Part shown: positions 43,820 through 55,329 of the stretch, piece after piece
Layout of the letters: each line of letters opens with the position of its first letter
Numbering within the stretch: position 1 is the first letter of the stretch
Source of the DNA: Mobula hypostoma
Lineage: Eukaryota
DNA: 64,000 bases
Reading direction: 5' to 3'
NCBI RefSeq assembly: GCF_963921235.1
Contig: NC_086097.1
Location: 37,698,001-37,762,000, forward strand
Position numbers and translations under genes: made by a program
Notes under the pieces: generated by a model
What the model saw: only the letters and a program-made list of their open reading frames with translations
What the model was told of the DNA's origin: nothing
Databases searched by the model: none

Positions 43820-44770
43820 AAATCAGAATCAGGTTTAACATCACTGGAATATATTGTGAAATTTGTTATGCAGCAGCAATACGTTGCATAAATAATAAAA
43901 AATCTATAAATTACAGTAAGCACATAATTAAAAAGTTAAATAAAAGGTGTAAAAAGAGATGAAAGTACTGAAGTAGTTCTTATGGGTTCAATGTCCATTC
44001 AGAAATCTGATGGCAGCGGGGAAGAGGCTATTCCTGAATCATTGAGTGTGTGTCTTCAGGCTCCTGTACCTCCTCCCTTATGAAGGCATGCCTGGGTGAT
44101 AGGCGTCCTTAATGATGAATGCTGCCTTTTTGTGACATCGCTCCTTGAAGATGCCCTGGATGAAGGGAATGCTAGTGCCCATGATGGAGCTGACTGAGTT
44201 CACAAATTTCTGCAGCTTATTTCGATCCAGTGATGCAGCCATTTAGAACGCTCTACACAGTAGAAATTTGCAAGTGTCTTTGGTAATATACCAAATCTCC
44301 TTAAATTCCTCATGAAATATAGCTGCTCTCATGCCTTCTTTGTAGGTGCATCAATGTGCTGGGCTCAGGATAGATCCTCAGAGATGTTGGCACCCAGGAA
44401 CTTGAAACTGCTTACCCTTTCCACTGCTGATCCCTTAATGAGAACTGGTGTGTATGCCCTCGTCTTCCTCTTTCTCAAGTCTACGATCAATTCTTTGGTA
44501 TTACTGACATTGAGTGCAAGGTTGTTGCTGTAGCACCACTCAGCCAGCTGATCTCTCTAGTTTCTGTGTGCCTCCATCACCATCTGAAATTCTGCCAACA
44601 ATAGCTGTGTCATCAGCAAATTCAGAGATAGCATTTGAGCTGTGCTTAGCCACACAGTCATGGGTGTAGAGATTAGAGCAGTGGCCCAGGAACAGATCCC
44701 TGAGGTGCGTCAGTGTTCATTATCAGCAAGGTGAAGATATTACTTCTGATCTGCACAGATTGTGGTCTTC
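43820..44770 (-). mobile_element. Rex1-like LINE 3' fragment
   Basis: tttgctgatgacacagct on - strand, KTKELIVD motif, (GATTCT)-like tail. Confidence 0.75.
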
Positions 44771-47700
44771 TATGTTCATGCTTTTTTTTAAAAAAAAAAC
44801 TTCACTAGCTGCGATTATTGTATGTTATGTTACATTTAAATACTGTAGCTCTGTAAAGCAGTAAAGCTGCAATGGCTCTCCTGGAATTAAAAAAATTGTC
44901 CACAGAGCCGAGAAATTCCATCAGTCTAGCCCGGAAGAAATATTCAACTGATAGACAAGCAAAAGAACTCATCTGGTTAAGGACTCCTAGCCAAGTTTCT
45001 AACTTGGTTTCAGATAACCACTCTTATCTCCCCATCTGCATTTTTAAATTGCAAGCAAGGAAAAAAATTTATTGGCCAAAATCAGTGAAACAATATTTTA
45101 ATATCTTGATTAGATGAATTATAGAAAGTAAGCAGACTGCACTAAAAATATGATAACCCGGCATGCTTGAGAATCAAGGGGATTACCATTTTCTCCAGAC
45201 TGTTGGATGTTAATCCTATTAATAGCCAAACACATCAATTTGACTTTATTGAATAATGTTATACAGTGGTAGTATAAATGTTGTAGTGAATATAGTGCTT
45301 TTAAAGGGAGTGGCAAATATACAAGTATTTTGTATCCCCGTTCCAGTGCAGATTATCTACATTTTGATGCTCAGTGTTCCTGACCTCTGCTCTGGCTACA
45401 CACTCAAGGCCCCAGCCTTGGGGGCAATCTGGACTTCTCCTTTTGGCCGCAATCTTGATTACACTCTACACCACTGGCTCTCTTTTAGGTCAATGAGTGA
45501 GTCTGATGCTGCATGATCAAGACTTGCAATTAGATGCCAGATTTTCAGTTTTGTTGTACTCTGCTTTAGTTTGATATACTTTTACTATCGATCTAATTAA
45601 TCATCAGTAATTCAAATTTTTGCATGCTTGAAAAATGTTGCAGTACATTTTAAAATTACAAAGAAATGACAGCGAAAGAGAATTCCATCAGCTGACATAA
45701 CAAACAATGAGTATTTACAAATTAACTTAAATTTCCCATTTGTGGTGTATCTCTCGGCCAACTGGTAAACAACACTCAAATTTCAATGTATTCTTTACTT
45801 TTTGCAATATAGTTTCCATGAATATAAAATATAAACTCTCATTAGCAACACCATTATCAAAACAGTACATTACAGTGTGAAATGGTTCTGCTGAAAACCT
45901 TCTTCCACCAATTGCCAATTTTCCCTTTCTCCAGCAGGACAAACACAGGTCCACAGCATTTTGCTCAAGAGGACATTCTTCATGTGTAAATATGTGTAGC
46001 CAGTTAAGCACACGAAAGGATTCACACTATCCCCATCCAATATCCATGCAGACTCAATGAGTCAAATAAACTAATTCTGTTTCTTTGTTTAATGGCCTTA
46101 TCTGCATAATTCAGATAACATCACTGAATAAGCATACATAAATGAGAATCAAGAAGGACTCCTGAATTGCAGCTTCCCTACATAAGTTTTGTTAGTGATC
46201 ACACCTACTAAAAATCCTATAGAGATATTTGAATATATTTACATACTGAAATACCTAACCATTAATCTGAGTGTTTTCTTGAAACAAGTCATTTATTTAA
46301 ATTATCACGCCTCTAAACTGACAAACTACTAATTTATTCAATTAAACTTCCATTTGTTACATGGCACCATAATCAAGTTGGCACCATAACTTTCTCCTCT
46401 AAAGACCTCCTTATGCAAATCTTAGACACAAAGTGAAGGGTTCAGACTTGCAATTAAAGTTAAAATCTCATTTGTATTAAAGTTTTCCATTGATCAACTA
46501 TCCAAGACAGTTAAGAAAATTGGTACTACCTATAAAAGAAAATAAAAAACCCAGGGCAAAATTCCTTCCATTTTATCAGGTTAGCTTATTAATAAACAAC
46601 AGAGACAAATGTAGTGCAGCTATTGCAATAAATACAAATTCTGTACTAGATAGTAGTTATTCGTGTAACAGTCCTATGGGCCTAATTTGACTGAGGCTAT
46701 GTGTTATGTAGTTATTCAACAGGGAAATCAGAGAGCGTAGCAACACGTTTTCACTGGCATACAAACTGGTTATCACACCTTCTACATGTGGCCTTGTGTG
46801 TTTCATTTTTTTTCTTCCAGATAAAAATCAATTTGCAAGACAAGGCTAGACATTAAAACACCAAGTTTCTTTATTTCATTGATTGGAAGTATTAAGAGTA
46901 ACTCAATTGAAAAATTATGTTCATTGTTTTATATGTAAAAATATATCAATACATCAGTGAGTCAGTTTCTTTAATTTATACAAATAACCTACAGCTACTG
47001 CATTCACCTCCATAATTTCAGTCCATTTTTATCTCTAGATTTTGCCAAATAACCCTTTCTGACATATCAGGGAAAAAGGTCTTTCAACACATATCAAACT
47101 AATGGATTGTTTTTTGTTTGGTCTTTTGAGAAATAAATTCTATGCCCAGCTCATTAAGAGATGAGATCTAGATAACAGAAATCATCAGACTACAAAAGGA
47201 GAATGTACATTGAAACTAGGAAGCATTCTAAAAAAAATTTTCATGGTTTCACTCTTTAGTGTAACACCAACCATAATCCAACAGTTGTCTGAAGAAATGT
47301 TCCTACAAGAAAACAGCTTGAGGATTCTGGAAGACATTTTGGGATTTTATGCAAACATAACACACTGCAGACACTAGCTTTCTTTAGAATTTTAAAATAA
47401 TTAAAATTTATGGAGATTATCTGATAATTAATTCATAGTGAGGACAGAATTATGGATAGGAAGCTCCTGAAAGTGTTCCCTCTAGCAAGTGCTAACTGGC
47501 TCTGTGCCTTTGAAAAGTTCACTTCTGCTCTAGGCTCCCTGACAGATGAACCATATATAGCTTTGGCAGCCTGAAGCAAAGAGTCCATATATATCTCAAT
47601 TATCAGTGGATTGTAGGATCTCTTGTATTTTTCCTCAACCATCTGTTCTGCCAAACATTTTCCATTGGACCTTGGCCTTTATGTGCTTGTTAACCCACTG

Positions 47701-47959
47701 AGGCTTTGCTTGACAGGAGCATGACTTGAAATAGGCTTGGTGGAGCTTTAAATCCAAGAATACTAAGCATTTGTGGAGAAATAACTTCTTGACCTCTCAG
47801 TCATTCTCACAGATCCAGCCCTGATGCCTTCTGTTACAGAAACCATAAGTCTCTTCACAGGTGGTAGTTACAGTGAACTTCAGGGAAAACGAAATGCTGT
47901 GGGCACTCTCCACAGCACTGGCTGGCAGTTGTCTGTGAGTTGCTGTCTCATTTTATTTA

Positions 47960-48143
47960 GAGGTACAACACCGTTACAGGCCCTTCTAGCCTAATAAGTC
48001 CACAAGGCTCAATTACACTTACGTACCCAATTAACTAACAAATCCGTACATCTTTCTGGAGGAAACCTATGTGGCCACTGGGAACACACACACAAACTTC
48101 TTACAGACAGCAGCGGAATTGAACTTAGGTCGCTGGTGCAGTA
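47960..48143 (-). mobile_element. SINE fragment (V-SINE-like)
   Basis: gttcaattccgctgctgtctgtaagaagtttg head on - strand, similar to the 42.9-kb SINE. Confidence 0.55.
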
Positions 48144-48316
48144 ATGGCTCTGAGTGAGACGTTATGGACAGTATGTTGCCAGCTGTAAGAATAAAGTGTA
48201 CTTTTTTTCTGGAAGAGTAGGCCAGAGGGATAATACTACCCCAAAGGGATGGGTTTGGCCATCAAGAATGATCACAGCTGGCAACATACTGTCCATAACG
48301 TCTCACTCAGAGCCAT
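48144..48316. repeat. Perfect 43-bp inverted repeat (48144-48186 / 48274-48316) with 87-bp spacer, inside a decayed RTE
   Basis: atggctctgagtgagacgttatggacagtatgttgccagctgt and its exact reverse complement. Confidence 0.95.
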
Positions 48317-49361
48317 GACAGAAATTAGGTGGCGTTTTGAGTTCCTGGATTATGAAGCAGTTGGGGCTGTGAATGTCTCCTAACATTCCAGGTCACAAAC
48401 ACATTTAAAAGTTAACTTGGGACAGACATTATACACCAGCTACTACACTGAGCACTGATTCATTCCACTGTCTAGTCCACTCAACTGCCACCTGACAGAC
48501 AAGTGAAAAAGACCACATGCTTTGGAAGCAAATGGTATCCTGGCTGAAGATTGGAAACTTAGAGGAGAGGAACTTCAGTCGCAAATTCAAACCTCATGTA
48601 CAATAAGGAAGTAAAGACCAGGCCAGAGGGTCTTACTATAAAGGTGACTGTGATAAGTATTAATAAAGCCACAGTCAGCCAGAAGAAAGCCATTACCAGG
48701 AACCTCCTCCACCACCACTACCCAGGAGCAGATTTCTGCTCCCCAATTTACAGTGTTGATTCCATCCATCTAAAGACTGAATGGACATGACCCTCAACGC
48801 ATGGCTAATCCAAGAGAAAAGGTGTAAGCAGCATTAAATCTTAAACATGATTTTTATTGACTTCACAAATGCATTTTATACTACCAATCCAGAAGGACTG
48901 TGCAGCATCCATCTCAAAGCTACCATATGTAAAACTAATCTCTAGCTTGCAGCAACAGAGTGGACATCAGTGATGCAGTTAGTAAAGCCTCTGCCAAGAC
49001 CTCAATTCAATCCTAACATTGGGTGCTGCCTGCAAGTTTGACATTCCTCCAGTAATCATATAGGGTTACTCCCACATCCCAAAAATATGCAGGTTGATAG
49101 GTGAATTAGCTACTGTAAATTGCTTAGTGTGTAGAGTTGGGGTGTGGGGCAGAGGGACGATGATGAGATATGAGGAGATTTAAAAAATTGGGATTAGCGC
49201 AAATGGTTAAATGATGTTTGGGGCCGATGGGCTTGTTTCCATGCCACATTTCCCCATGACTCTTCTACCATCCTCAAGATAGTATGCAAGTTATAATCCT
49301 AATGAAAAGTCCAAAACACATTCAATTTCAGAATTTCAGTGCAGAATGATGGTGTGCTTTA

Positions 49362-50120
49362 GAAACACAGAAATCCTACAGCACAATACAGGCCCTTCGG
49401 CCCACAAAGATGTGCCAAACATGTCCATAACTTAGAACTACCTAGGCCTACCCACAGACCTCTATTTTTCTAAGCTCCATGTACATATCCAGGAGCTACT
49501 TCCAAGGACTTTAAAACTGTGCCCTCTCGTACTAGCTATTTCAGCCCTGGGAAAAAGCCTCTGACTATCCACATGATCAATGACTCTTATTATCTTGTAC
49601 ACCTCAATCAGGTCACCTCTCATCCTCTGTATCTCCAAGGAAAAAAGGCCAAGTTCACTCAACCTATTCTCATAAGGCATGCTCCCCAATCCAGGCAACA
49701 TCCTTGTAAACCTCCTCTGCACTCTTTCTATGGTTTCCACGTTCTTCCTGCACAGAGGCGACCAGAATTGAGCACAGTACTCCAAGGGGGGGGGGGAATC
49801 TGAGCGGGGTCCCATATAGCTGCAACGTTACCTCTCGGCTCTTAAACTCAATTGCACGGTTGCTGAAGGCCAATGCACCGTATGCCTTCTTAACCACAGA
49901 GTCAACCTGCACAGCGGTTTTGAGTGTCCTATGGACTTGGACCCCAAGATCCCTCTGATCCTCCACACTGCCAAGAGTCTTACCATTAATGCTATATTCT
50001 GCCGTCATATTTGACCTACTAAAATGAACCACTTCACAATTATCTGGGTTGAACTCCACCTGCCACTTCTCAGCCCAGTTTTGCATCCTATCGATGTCCC
50101 GCTGTAATCCCTGACAGCTT
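49362..50120 (-). mobile_element. CR1 LINE 3' fragment
   Basis: MQNWAEKWQVEFNPD, LEYCAQFWSP, RMRGDLIEVYK; same family as 28068-28992. Confidence 0.9.
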
Positions 50121-50261
50121 CACTGGCCCAAGTCTGTTCAATGTTTCTTGTCATGATTCCACCTCTGATCTCCAACAAACTTCTTGCTGTGGCGTTTATC
50201 TACAGATCAAAAGGAAGTCCATTTGGCTTAAGTTGCCTCCACTCTAGAACCAGGGTTTCCC

Positions 50262-50690
50262 AACCAGCAAACTAGAGGAACAGCACCTCATATTCTGACT
50301 GGGTAGTCTTAGACCTAAAGGCATGAACACTGAACTCTCCAATTTCAGGTAATCAGCAGCCTCTCTGTTCTCTTTATCAGATTCTATAATCTACATCTCT
50401 TTGTTATCTCTACTATTAACCTCCAGCCACTGTCACTATCTCCACCACTTCCCTCTTCACTGGTTCTACCTGCCCATCAACCCCTCCTTAGCTGGATCCA
50501 CCTGTCACTTGTAAGCTCGTGCCTCACCTCTCTGTATTGGTCATCTCCTCATTTATACTCTCAATCCTGACGCAGTGCCTCAACATGAAATGTCAACCGT
50601 CCCTTTGCCTCCAGATGCTGCCTGAGCTGCTAAGTTTCTCCAGCAGCTTGTATTTTTTTTGCTCTAGATCCCCACATCCGCAGTCTCCTG
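50262..50690 (+). mobile_element. Decayed PLE 3' fragment
   Basis: ctagaggaacagcacctcatattc..ggcatgaacactgaactctccaatttc (LEEQHLIF..GMN..SNF). Confidence 0.7.
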
Positions 50691-51979
50691 TGTCATCCAA
50701 AGCACAGGATCAGAGGCTAAATGCAGGTCAACGTTGACTTCTTTGTCGAAGTGTGCAAGAGAACCATATCCTGCTGCAAAACACTGCCTTCTGAGAATAA
50801 AGATCCACAATAAGACACAGACAATTTTCTGTATCGCAGGAGGCATGATAAGATTCACCATAATTTTCAAAAGTGCCAATACAGCCTTTGGCTGTCTGAG
50901 GAAAATAGCATAAAGATCAAAGTTCATGGTCAACCGCACAGCAATGATCCCTGACTTCCTGTAAACTTAGTGACACGGACTACCTAAATCTGGCTCTACC
51001 ACACATTGCAGAGATACTACAATACCATGTCCACAAAGTCCTCCCAGTCCAAGAAAACCAATGTCAACATACTTCCCAGGCCAAGGTGTACTGCTCACTT
51101 CTTACTTAGTTGGCCCCAATGGGCAGGCAGGATCAATCACAACCCTAAAATTAGACTCCTGAAATAAATGCTCTAAGCTCTGTCATCAAAGCCGAATATT
51201 TGGTGGAAACAGGGAACAAAATTCAAGAATGTTCTCAGTCACCTTGAAAATGTACTACATTCACACAATGCTCATGTCAGCTCACGACTGGAAAGGTGCA
51301 AATCACTAGACAATGCAATGGGAAAACATTGTAAACGAAAGCTGTACACCACCTGCCCTGCACCACACATACGAGCATGAGTAAGCTAATAACCCTTTCC
51401 ACCCCTTCATACCTGCTCCACCATTTAGCAAGATCATAGCTAACAGTTACCTCACCTCCCTGTTCTGGTCTCTTATCCCTCAGCTTCATTAGTAGTTTAA
51501 AATCTCAGTCTTGGACAGTCGTCTCAGATTGCAAGTATTACAGTACCGGATCCTTTTTCAAATATCAAAGGCTCATCACCTGAACAACGAACCTATCATT
51601 TCTATGAGGACCTCCTATCCCACTTTTGGCGGAGTTTCTGGATCCCACATTCGCCTCATCAGCCACTTCAGAACCCAGAGAATAGACTGTAAGCCATTTT
51701 TCCTCGATCCCAAGCCACTACAGTACTTGGTATCTACTTTTCACATAGAACACAACTCGCAAAGTAAATACAAAGGGCAACATTATTAGGAAAAGATTCC
51801 TAGTCTTACACCATCATGTGCAAAACATCTCTTAAGCATCATCACCTTAAAACTTACAAGTTTTTTTTCCCAATACGTAGGTACGTTTACGTACAATTTT
51901 CAACCATTTGGATTCAGTCACAGCATTCGGAACATAAATCGGCCCAGCGCCTGGAAAACTTGGCAGATTTCACAAATAC

Positions 51980-52410
51980 ATTAAAACATTACATGAAGGT
52001 TGCTGGCGTTACAAACTTCGCCTGCTCGGCTCACATGACCGCTGAAGCGCATTTCACCAACAGCCCGGCTGCCCCTAGCAACCAGCAGGCGCTCGCCGGA
52101 CGAACGGTCGGTCGGTTCCACGCCCTCTCGGGAACCACACCCGCACGGCCGCCCCGACAACACGCCCGTTCCCACGCCGAACGGTCATCTCCCCCCAGCC
52201 CACCCCTCTGCTGCGTTAGCCTGACCCAGCCTGCGTCCCTGGACCCACCGACGTTCTCCAGATCCGGTGCCAGTCTCCGGACGGCTCACTTGGCATGGTG
52301 GAATCGCCGACCGCACTACCCCGCTGATGGCCATTACGCCAGGCTCCCCTCCGGACCGGCGCACGCGCTTGACCTCTCACCCGCGACGTGGTGACGCGCA
52401 CCAGGGAGGG
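51980..52410 (-). promoter_or_regulatory. CpG island; candidate PCNX4 promoter and first exon
   Basis: The most conspicuous CpG-dense, non-repetitive-looking stretch in an AT-rich window, ~10.7 kb upstream of the first coding exon. Minus-strand donors CAA|GTGAGC (52290/52289) and TCG|GTGGGT (52249/52248); CRE-like GACGTG/TGACGC motifs near 52385-52398. Confidence 0.7.
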
Positions 52411-52414
52411 AGGG

Positions 52415-52448
<34 letters not shown>

Positions 52449-52464
52449 ATATATATATATATAT
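52415..52464. repeat. Compound microsatellite (GT)n(GTAT)n(AT)n
   Basis: Directly visible. Confidence 0.95.
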
Positions 52465-53010
52465 GTCCGCTCTGTCCGCCAGAGAAAGCAGGATCTCCCA
52501 GTGGCCACACATTTTAATCCCACGTCCCATTCCCATTCTGATATGTCTATCCATGGCCACCTCTACTGTAAAGATGAAGCCACATTTAGGTTGGAGGAAC
52601 AACACCTTATATTCCGTTTGGGTAGCTTCTCTAACTTCCGTTAATGCCCCACCTCTCCCTCATACCCAATCCGTTACTGCCCATTCTCTGGGCTTCCCCC
52701 CCACCACTTTCTTTCTCCCTAGGCCTCCTGTCCTATGATCCTCTCATATCCCTTTTGTCAATCAACTGTCCAGCTCTTGGCTCCATCCCTCCCCCTCCTG
52801 TCTTCTTCTATCATTTTGGATCTCCCCCTCCCCCTCCCACTTTCAAATCTCTTACTAGCTCTTCTTTCAGTTAGTCCTGGCGAAGGGTCTTGGCCCGAAA
52901 CGTCGACTGTACCTCTTCCTATAGATGCTGCCTGGCCTGCTGCGTTCACCGGCAACTTTTATGTGTGTTGCTTGAAATTCCAGCATCTGCAGATTTCCTC
53001 GTGTTTGCGT
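52465..53010 (+). mobile_element. Young PLE 3' fragment flanked by (AT)n; same family as 26366-27315
   Basis: RSVRQRKQDLPVATHFN..SDMSIHG..CKDEAT.RLEEQHLIF; terminus ttagtcCTGGCGAagggtcttggcccGAAAcgtcgactg (core A6>G). Confidence 0.9.
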
Positions 53011-53030
53011 GTATATATATATATATATAT

Positions 53031-54721
53031 TCCTTGTTGTGTATTTTGTTGGCAATCTCAATGCAAATAGCTTTTCTATTTCTTTTGCAAACTTTCCTTG
53101 TACTGTGATGTGGCTTACTTGGCAGATTTTGCCGGAAGTCTCAACTTCCTAGCAGTCTGTGTCAATGAATTTGTTAATTTTGCAAGACATCAGATTCACA
53201 AGTGTTTTGTGAGACAGCTGACTTCTGAATTCTGTCTTAATGTGACGCACCATGCTGAATGCCCTGCCTATCTCACAATTAGAATTTGGCAGCATCAAAA
53301 GCAGCTTCATCAACTGGCAGAGCTCTTTGAATCTTAACTGCCCTGTGCTCACAGATTTACTTTGGACAGCTTCCCCCAGAACTCATCAAATGACAAACTT
53401 TTGTAGTTTGGCACCAGTTCTTCAAGGTTAGTTGAGACATAATCCAGGACTTCCAAGTGGAGCTGTTCTCTTGCATCTGCCTTGATCACATTTGGAAATC
53501 TCTCTGCCAAAGTCAAAATCTGCTTTGAAGTCACCTTATCTTGGCTCTCTGTATTGACCACTGACAGATTTTTCAAGATTTGGTCTCTCATTGGGAACTT
53601 CTCCAAGATTTTTTGAAAGCACCTGACATAGAATGCTCTGACATCTTTGAAAAACTGCTTTGTCTTGTAAGGGGGGATCTCTTGTGCTTCCTCGCTTAGC
53701 ACAAGATGAACTTGTACAGATCATCTGAACATTCAGATTCCAGTGCATGTTCGCAATAGCTGCTGTCTTGGTTGATGAGCAGGCATAGTTTTTTGCTATT
53801 TCTGAATCAGGAAACATTTTCCTGAATAGCCTGCCTCTGTGCTTACACACCTGGAATGGCAGGTTATGCTCAACGATGAAAGATGTAAAGTACACCTCAG
53901 CTCCAGTGACCTTCTGTCAGACTTTGGTTTTCTGCTGAAAAGAACTGTGAAATACTTGAGCAGCCTTCCCTGCGGTAAGCCTCCCTAATATGTTGTGGTC
54001 CCTAAAAGCATAAGGTGTATCTTTATTATATTGTCTTATGCAGAAAATGTGACATTAAAATATGTACTTATATTATATTATCATGGAGTCTTTTTTTATG
54101 CTATTACAACTTTGAGCAAGTCTACAGGGAGTTTGGCCTCATCATGTAGGACATCAATAGCGTAGCTCCTTAACGGCCAGCCAGCTAGTTTAAATAATGT
54201 TAGCTATGCTAATGAACAAATGACACCTGTTAAACTCACCTCAACATGTCTTTTACAGTCTTAACCCACCATGGCAATAGAAAAGTCACTGTTGCAAACA
54301 GTGCAGCGAGCAACACTGTCATTATTTTTGACCCCTATTAGGCAGGGGTACACTTTAGTGTAGTCTGGGGTGAAGTACGTTTTATATTTTCTTTTTTTGG
54401 AACACTCTGCCATGGCACTGATGGACAATGACAGAGAGTGAGAGAGGTCGACTGTAAAGCCCGCCCACAGAGAAAACTGAGAGGTCTACTTAGCACAAAG
54501 AGAGACCAACCAGGATTCATATTCATATTCTCTCTCTCTCTCCCTCTCTCCCTCTCTCCCTCCCTCCCTCCCTCCCTCTCCCTCTCCCTCCCTCCCCACC
54601 CCGGCTTGCTCACTCTCAAAAAAATCAATTTCCAGGATATTATATATAATTTGCGGGCGCCAGGGAGCCGCTATCAATTTGCGGGAAACTCCCAACACTT
54701 CCGGGAGAGGTGGGATGTCTG
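53031..54721 (-). mobile_element. Internally deleted hAT-superfamily DNA transposon
   Basis: FIVEHNLPF..FRKMFPDSEIAKNYACSSTKT (N-terminal) and LLLMLPNSNCEIGRAFSMVRHIKTEFRSQL (dimerisation-domain-like); candidate terminus cagacatcccacctctcccgg at 54721. Confidence 0.75.
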
Positions 54722-55329
54722 ATCTTGTAAGGCTGCAACACAATCTCTCAAAACTTCTGGTCAAAAAGACAACGAAGATTTTGCTTCCTGAATACTTTTG
54801 GGATTTTATGGATTTTGGGCTGCGGTTTGTGAAAATTGCCATAAAATTTCCCCATCATACACAATTTTTTTTGTAATCGCCTATATTTGTTATTTCAATT
54901 CATAATTCAAGTCTATTAAAATGTTGTCCACAACGTAAGCAGAAAAGTTTTCTATCTTCTCCAGGCAGGCTGGATGCTGCATGGCAAGACAGGTTTTAGA
55001 AAGGCTACATAAGCATCATGCACACTCTGTTCAATGGATTGGATTTATGTGTATATTGGTTTGTGATCATGTTGATGCGCATTGCTCTACCTGCATAGCA
55101 TATTGTTTGTACTCATAATAATGAAGTCATTGTATTTTCAGGAGTATTTGAGATAGCAAAATGTCTCAACAATGTTGCAACAGCCACAATATTTCCTGTT
55201 GAACTTGTGGCGAGTATACGCTTAAGTTTTATACGCGTAACTCCTCTTATTAAGAAAGTCTGTGAGATTTGATGATGGCACCTGGCTGCCTCAAAGGACA
55301 ATGGAATGTGTGCTATGGGTCATTCTGTG

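Larger units (their letters stand above)
48144..51300 (+). mobile_element. Highly decayed, fragmented RTE LINE hosting nested SINE (~48960-49260), CR1 (49362-50120) and PLE (50262-50690) insertions
   Basis: ALSET..FFWK..GMGLAIKN endonuclease remnant, FIDFTNAF RT remnant, aagtgccaatacagcctttggc late RT remnant. Confidence 0.55.

Noticed and set aside
51816..52394. 192-aa + strand ORF over the GC-rich region
   Set aside because: Low-complexity Pro/Ala/Arg translation expected from a CpG island; no recognisable domain
54530..54600. CT-rich tract as a regulatory or triplex-forming element
   Set aside because: Simple low-complexity repeat inside the hAT remnant; no further support
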